Shown here one piece after another: positions 59,787 through 64,000 of a stretch of DNA of 64,000 nucleotides; within the stretch, counting starts at the first letter, position 1; each line of letters opens with the position of its first letter. This stretch comes from an uncultured Acidimicrobiales bacterium (GTDB lineage: Bacteria > Actinomycetota > Acidimicrobiia > Acidimicrobiales > UBA10347): positions 260,663 through 324,662 of the forward strand of contig CALSSD010000003.1 in the NCBI GenBank assembly GCA_943788915.1. The letters run 5' to 3'. The translations under genes and the position numbers were made by a program. Under the pieces are notes generated by a model that was not told where the DNA came from, made no database searches, and saw nothing but the letters and a program-made list of their open reading frames with translations.

Positions 59787-61211
59787 ATGAGCACCGCCAA
59801 ACCAGCGCCCGAAGACACTGCCACAAGCAGCTTGCAGTCCCCAGGCCACGACCACGCACACGGTCATTCGCACGGTCACAGTCACGGTGGAGGAGGCTGG
59901 TCCGAGTGGCCTCGGACCCCGATGCTTCGGTCGGTATTGGTGCTTGTCGCCGTTTGCGCTGTGGCCACCGTGCTCGGCCTCATTGCGCTGTGGCCCTCCG
60001 AAGAAGATCTTGAGACAGCTGTATCGAACGCCGACGAGATGGGCCTGGTCACTGACCGGCTGTCCGCAGTTGTCACCGACGTTACCGACCAGCGCTGCTC
60101 ATACTCCACGCCCGAACGGCCGCAACTGTGTCGCGTGATCTCCTTCGAGCTGACTGAAGGGCCAGACGAAGGCGACGTCCTATCGTTGCCAGAGTTCAAC
60201 CTGCTGCAGGACCGCGTCACCGACAGGGTTGAGGTCGGCGACAAGATCATCGTCGGTTACGAAGACGCGACCGACTTCTATTTCTACGCCGACCGCGACC
60301 GCCGCGTATCTCTGGCGTGGCTCGGCATACTCTTCGCAGCCATCGTCGTCGGCTTCGGTCGCCTCCGCGGACTCCTCGCACTCATCGCCATGGCGTCAAC
60401 GTTGGTCGTGCTCGTCGTATTTGTGGGCCCGTCGGTGCTCGACGGCAACGACCCAGTGCTGGTCTCGGTCGTTGCTGCCGCAGCGATCGCTTTCGTCAGC
60501 CTGTACCTGACCCACGGCTTCACGCCCACCACGACCATTGCACTCTCGGGCACCTTGGCAGCGCTCGGACTGACATTCGGGCTCTCGTGGGCCATGTTTG
60601 AGATCGCACAGTTCACCGGCCTGGCCACCGAAGAAGCCTTGATCCTGCCTTTCTTGTCGGAAAACATCAATGTCGCGGGCTTGTTGCTCGGTGGTGCGGT
60701 CATCGGGGCTCTCGGCGCACTCGACGACGTCACCGTGACTCAGGTCGCGACCGTTGCCGAGCTTCGCCGCCGCAACCCCAATCTGAGTTCCGCCGAACTC
60801 ATCGCATCGGGTATTCGTATTGGACGCGAACACATCGCTTCCACTGTCAACACCCTTCTCCTGGCCTACGCCGGCGCCAGCATGCCGCTGCTGCTGCTGT
60901 TTGCTGTGTCGGACCAATCGCTGGTCATGATCGCAAACTCCGAACTAATCGGAGTCGAGATCGTGCGCACCCTCTGCGGGTCCATCGGCCTCATCGCCGC
61001 GGTCCCTGTCACCACTGCGCTCGCCGCCGCCGTCCTGCGCCCCACCGAGGACGAACCGGCGCTTCCAGAGAAGAAGCCGCCACGCCCGAAAGTCATCGTC
61101 TATCCAACCAACGACGGGCCCTCGTCGCCACCACATGCCGACGACGTGGCAACTCCTTCCCCACTTGAACGCGAGCCTCGGTGGGAAGACTTCGCCCCAG
61201 ACGACACATAG
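59787..61211 (+). CDS. YibE/F family membrane protein with His-rich N-terminus
   Basis: HDHAHGHSHGHSH; GALGALDDVTVTQ; HIASTVNTLLLAYAG; EIVRTL. Confidence 0.88.
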   Translation: MSTAKPAPEDTATSSLQSPGHDHAHGHSHGHSHGGGGWSEWPRTPMLRSVLVLVAVCAVATVLGLIALWPSEEDLETAVSNADEMGLVTDRLSAVVTDVTDQRCSYSTPERPQLCRVISFELTEGPDEGDVLSLPEFNLLQDRVTDRVEVGDKIIVGYEDATDFYFYADRDRRVSLAWLGILFAAIVVGFGRLRGLLALIAMASTLVVLVVFVGPSVLDGNDPVLVSVVAAAAIAFVSLYLTHGFTPTTTIALSGTLAALGLTFGLSWAMFEIAQFTGLATEEALILPFLSENINVAGLLLGGAVIGALGALDDVTVTQVATVAELRRRNPNLSSAELIASGIRIGREHIASTVNTLLLAYAGASMPLLLLFAVSDQSLVMIANSELIGVEIVRTLCGSIGLIAAVPVTTALAAAVLRPTEDEPALPEKKPPRPKVIVYPTNDGPSSPPHADDVATPSPLEREPRWEDFAPDDT

Positions 61212-61559
61212 GTGGGTTCGGACGCTTTGCAGGTTGAGCCGAACCGCTGCCGGCCGGGTCACCATTCTCATCACAGAATGACCCGTCAGCGCAGCATGAC
61301 AAGCCCGGTTCATGGTGGTCTATATCAAACCCATCAGCACGCCATTCGTCCCCAAAGGAACGGGATCCAGCGTCGCCAGTTTTGAATCGTCGATGAACTC
61401 ACTGGGCTGTTCGACAGATACATGAGGTTTTTTCGTGATGAGCCCTCGTTCAAGGTCCTCGGCTCTGCCATCGAACTGATGATCCAAACGGTGCCGGTCC
61501 GAGGTTGGCTAGCGTGAATCCTGGCGATCGGTTCTGTCCGATGTTGTGGTGTCCATGGA

Positions 61560-61964
61560 CTATCCGACCGACTCGATGATCGTCGGGCCGTCGTCAGTGA
61601 TCGTGCCGTAGACAGCGACCCAATCGGTGGACCAGCGGACATTGCCGCTCTCGTCCAGCTCGCCCAGATCGACATCGTTTGGGTTCTCGAGCACGGCGAT
61701 CTCATCACCACACTGTGGGGGATCTGACTCGGCCAATGCTCCACAGAGCCGCAAGATCCCATCCTCTCCAACGAAGAGAAAACCGATTTGCGTCAGGCCT
61801 TGAACGCTCGAGCCAATCGTCTGCACGGCCGACGAACTTCCCGGTCCGATCACGGTTGCCGGTGAGTCCTCGGTGTCGTCTCCGCATGCAGCGGCGATGA
61901 CGGCGATCAGTAGGAGCGGACCGAGCAGTTTCACAAGATGCGATCGGTACACGTTCTTTTTCAT
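61560..61964 (-). CDS. Hypothetical lipoprotein
   Basis: Lipobox IAAAC; LCGALAESDPPQC. Confidence 0.65.
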   Translation of the reverse strand: MKKNVYRSHLVKLLGPLLLIAVIAAACGDDTEDSPATVIGPGSSSAVQTIGSSVQGLTQIGFLFVGEDGILRLCGALAESDPPQCGDEIAVLENPNDVDLGELDESGNVRWSTDWVAVYGTITDDGPTIIESVG

Positions 61965-62506
61965 GAGTATTCCAGTTCTTGATTAGGGAGTACGTCGACC
62001 GGTTGATCGATCGTTCGTTCTTTGCGGCCGTTACCTGCTCTAAGGAGCAGCCAGAGCCCCATTCAGCCTTCCGCGATGATCGACGGGACAGCGACGATCA
62101 CGATGAACAGGGTTTCGTAGTCCGCGTAGTTCCCCAGCAGGGTGTTGGCCGCGGTGTCGGTCACGTACGCGGCGCCAGCGGCGATGAGTAGGTATCCGAG
62201 CGCTCTGGGTGCGTACCGGGATTGCAGCACGAGGACTCCGACGAAGTACATCCAGAACCGAGCCGGGTCAGCATCACTCTGCTCGAGCTGCAACCACGCG
62301 ACAGTCTCGGGTCGTCCTGCCAACCACGGCGCAAGTAGCGTGGACTTACCGGAGCCGGCGGGAGCGCTGGCCAGTATCAGCCGCATCTGAGGGCTGATAC
62401 CCGCATCGAGCATCTCGTCGAGATGAGAGCGTTGAACAAGGCATTCGGGCAGTGTTGGCGGGCGCAGCTTCGTTGCCGCCAGGCTGATGTCTGGCGGCTG
62501 CGTCAT
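61961..62506 (-). pseudogene. Chimeric remnant: MalT-like ATPase N-terminus fused to DUF4386-like C-terminus, with internal TGA
   Basis: TKLRPP..APAGSGKSTLL..DADPARFW joined to GVLVLQSRYAPRALGYLLIAAG..PSIIAEG*MGLWLLLRAG. Confidence 0.7.
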
Positions 62507-62631
62507 GAAGCAACCCTAGGACCTACACACCAGGCGACGATTGTCGCAACCGTCACGCAGATCGATCTCACCTGGGTGAGATCGGTAGCGGCACGAGGCT
62601 CTCTCATGCCTTTGATCGTCAACATAGGAGC

Positions 62632-62868
62632 ATGTCCGAGCCAACCACCTACGAAATCGTGCTTCGGGGCCGAGCTGGCACCCGGATCCTGTGGCCACTC
62701 ATCGACGACTTTGTGCTCACCCAGACCGCCGACGGCAATACGCAACTGGTCGGCAAAATCTGTGACCCGTCCCACTTCCACGGAATCCTGGCGCATCTGA
62801 CCTCGGTCAACGCGGAAGTCATTTCCCTTTGCCCCTACCCGATCCCCCTTGGCCTGCAGACATCGTGA
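62632..62868 (+). CDS. Small hypothetical protein
   Basis: YEIVLRG..TQLVGKICDPSHFHGIL, a pattern I recall beside MalT-like regulators. Confidence 0.6.
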   Translation: MSEPTTYEIVLRGRAGTRILWPLIDDFVLTQTADGNTQLVGKICDPSHFHGILAHLTSVNAEVISLCPYPIPLGLQTS

Positions 62869-63444
62869 GACGTAGCGATGGCTGCACGGACTTCGGCGCG
62901 GGCCTCCCACCGACGACCTGATGCTCTCGAGGGTGTTACTCACCACCGTCGACGCCATTGCCACCAGCTGACACTTCACCGAGCGAGATACCCGCCATCC
63001 GAGGTGATCCTGTCCGGCGGCGCAGAGAATCCAATCACCCAAGAAGGAAGAAAACGCAATGTCACGCGAACCCTCGAGATCAGAATCCACTTCGCTGGAT
63101 ACGACGAGCGACCGAGAACGGATCAGGAGCGCACTACCGTGGCTCTGGCTGGCCCTAACAGCGACCTGGTGAGCGATCATCTTCGTCACCGACCAACAAG
63201 CCTGGCCGCTGCCTCTCTGGATCGCAATTACCCTGGGCCTCTGGTCCCGCTTCCGCGGGACCCGCGAACTGGCACCAGACAAGGGCTGACAGCCATCTAC
63301 GACCACCGTTCGTTCACGATGTAGGGCTCCATCGTCGGTCCCATCCAGCCACATGCTGCGTTGACAAGTAGCCAGGTCCACGCCCGACACTTCGCTCAAA
63401 CCAAACTTGTGACCACCACCAAGAGGTAGGACTACTGTTCGACA

Positions 63445-64000
63445 ATGACATCTCCTAAGTTCAGTCCCGCCGAGAACGGCGTTCTTGCGGGTGTGAAAGT
63501 TGTCGAGTTCGCCCAGAACGCTGCGGTTCCGCAATGCGCACGACTCTTGGCAGGAATGGGCGCAGATGTCGTCAAGGTCGAGCCGCCAACCGGCGATGCA
63601 ATGCGGCATCTGGCGCCACTCACTGGGCACGAGAGCCGGGCCTATGCCACGATCAACCCGGGCAAGCGTGCCATCTGTCTCGACCTCACCGCAGAGTCTT
63701 CCCGTCCTGTCGTCGACCGGCTTGTGCAGTGGGCCGACGTCGCGCTCATGGGTTTCAAGCGCACTGATCTGGAGCGGTTTGGGTTGCACTGGGACCGGAT
63801 ACACGATCTGAATCCAACGCTCGTGTCCTTGGAGTTCACCGCCTACGGTCCGAAGGGGCCCGAAGCAGACCAACCCGGCTACGACATGCTCATCCAGGCC
63901 TTCAGCGGACTCGGCTTCAGCATGAATCGCACCAATGACGGCGTGCCGCTTCCCACCCGACCGGCGTTCGTTGATTTTTCCAGCGGCGCAATGGCATGTG
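63445..64000 (+). CDS. CaiB/BaiF family III CoA-transferase (partial)
   Basis: Manual translation MTSPKF..LAGVKVVEFAQ..LAGMGADVVKVEPPTGDAMR..NPGKRAICLDL..GYDMLIQAFSG; runs off the right edge, absent from the ORF track. Confidence 0.92.
   Translation, partial: MTSPKFSPAENGVLAGVKVVEFAQNAAVPQCARLLAGMGADVVKVEPPTGDAMRHLAPLTGHESRAYATINPGKRAICLDLTAESSRPVVDRLVQWADVALMGFKRTDLERFGLHWDRIHDLNPTLVSLEFTAYGPKGPEADQPGYDMLIQAFSGLGFSMNRTNDGVPLPTRPAFVDFSSGAMAC

Noticed and set aside
62878..63324. 148-aa plus-strand ORF
   Set aside because: No recognisable family; lies in a decayed region.
62503..63873. 456-aa minus-strand ORF
   Set aside because: Antisense shadow of the CoA-transferase and small plus-strand gene; no recognisable motifs.

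Overview
High-GC actinobacterial chromosomal DNA, most like Acidimicrobiia by gene content and synteny (inference). From left to right: a heliorhodopsin gene running off the left edge and absent from the ORF track, behind a WhiB regulator; a divergent partner-switching module (Cys-less LOV-like PAS/PP2C phosphatase, STAS protein, two RsbW-like proteins, SigB/SigF-type sigma); phhA with a half-size HPPD-like protein; rex-hemACDL; proC; pspA; an isobutyryl-CoA-mutase-type icmA/icmB/meaB operon; kynU-kmo; metY; a BMP-type ABC transporter bracketed by related structured repeats; a two-component system with an ABC exporter; Cys-poor rpmB/rpmG; tRNA-Arg(CCT), whose 3' end recurs 7.5 kb downstream and brackets a SufR-like regulator with ferredoxin-Mrp-Nfu-moaA; znuABC/zur with a perfect (GHDEE)x10 repeat; decayed genes; and a partial CoA-transferase. 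Several small indels in short homopolymers suggest long-read errors, so frameshift calls are tentative. All family assignments come from motif recognition by eye; no searches were run.
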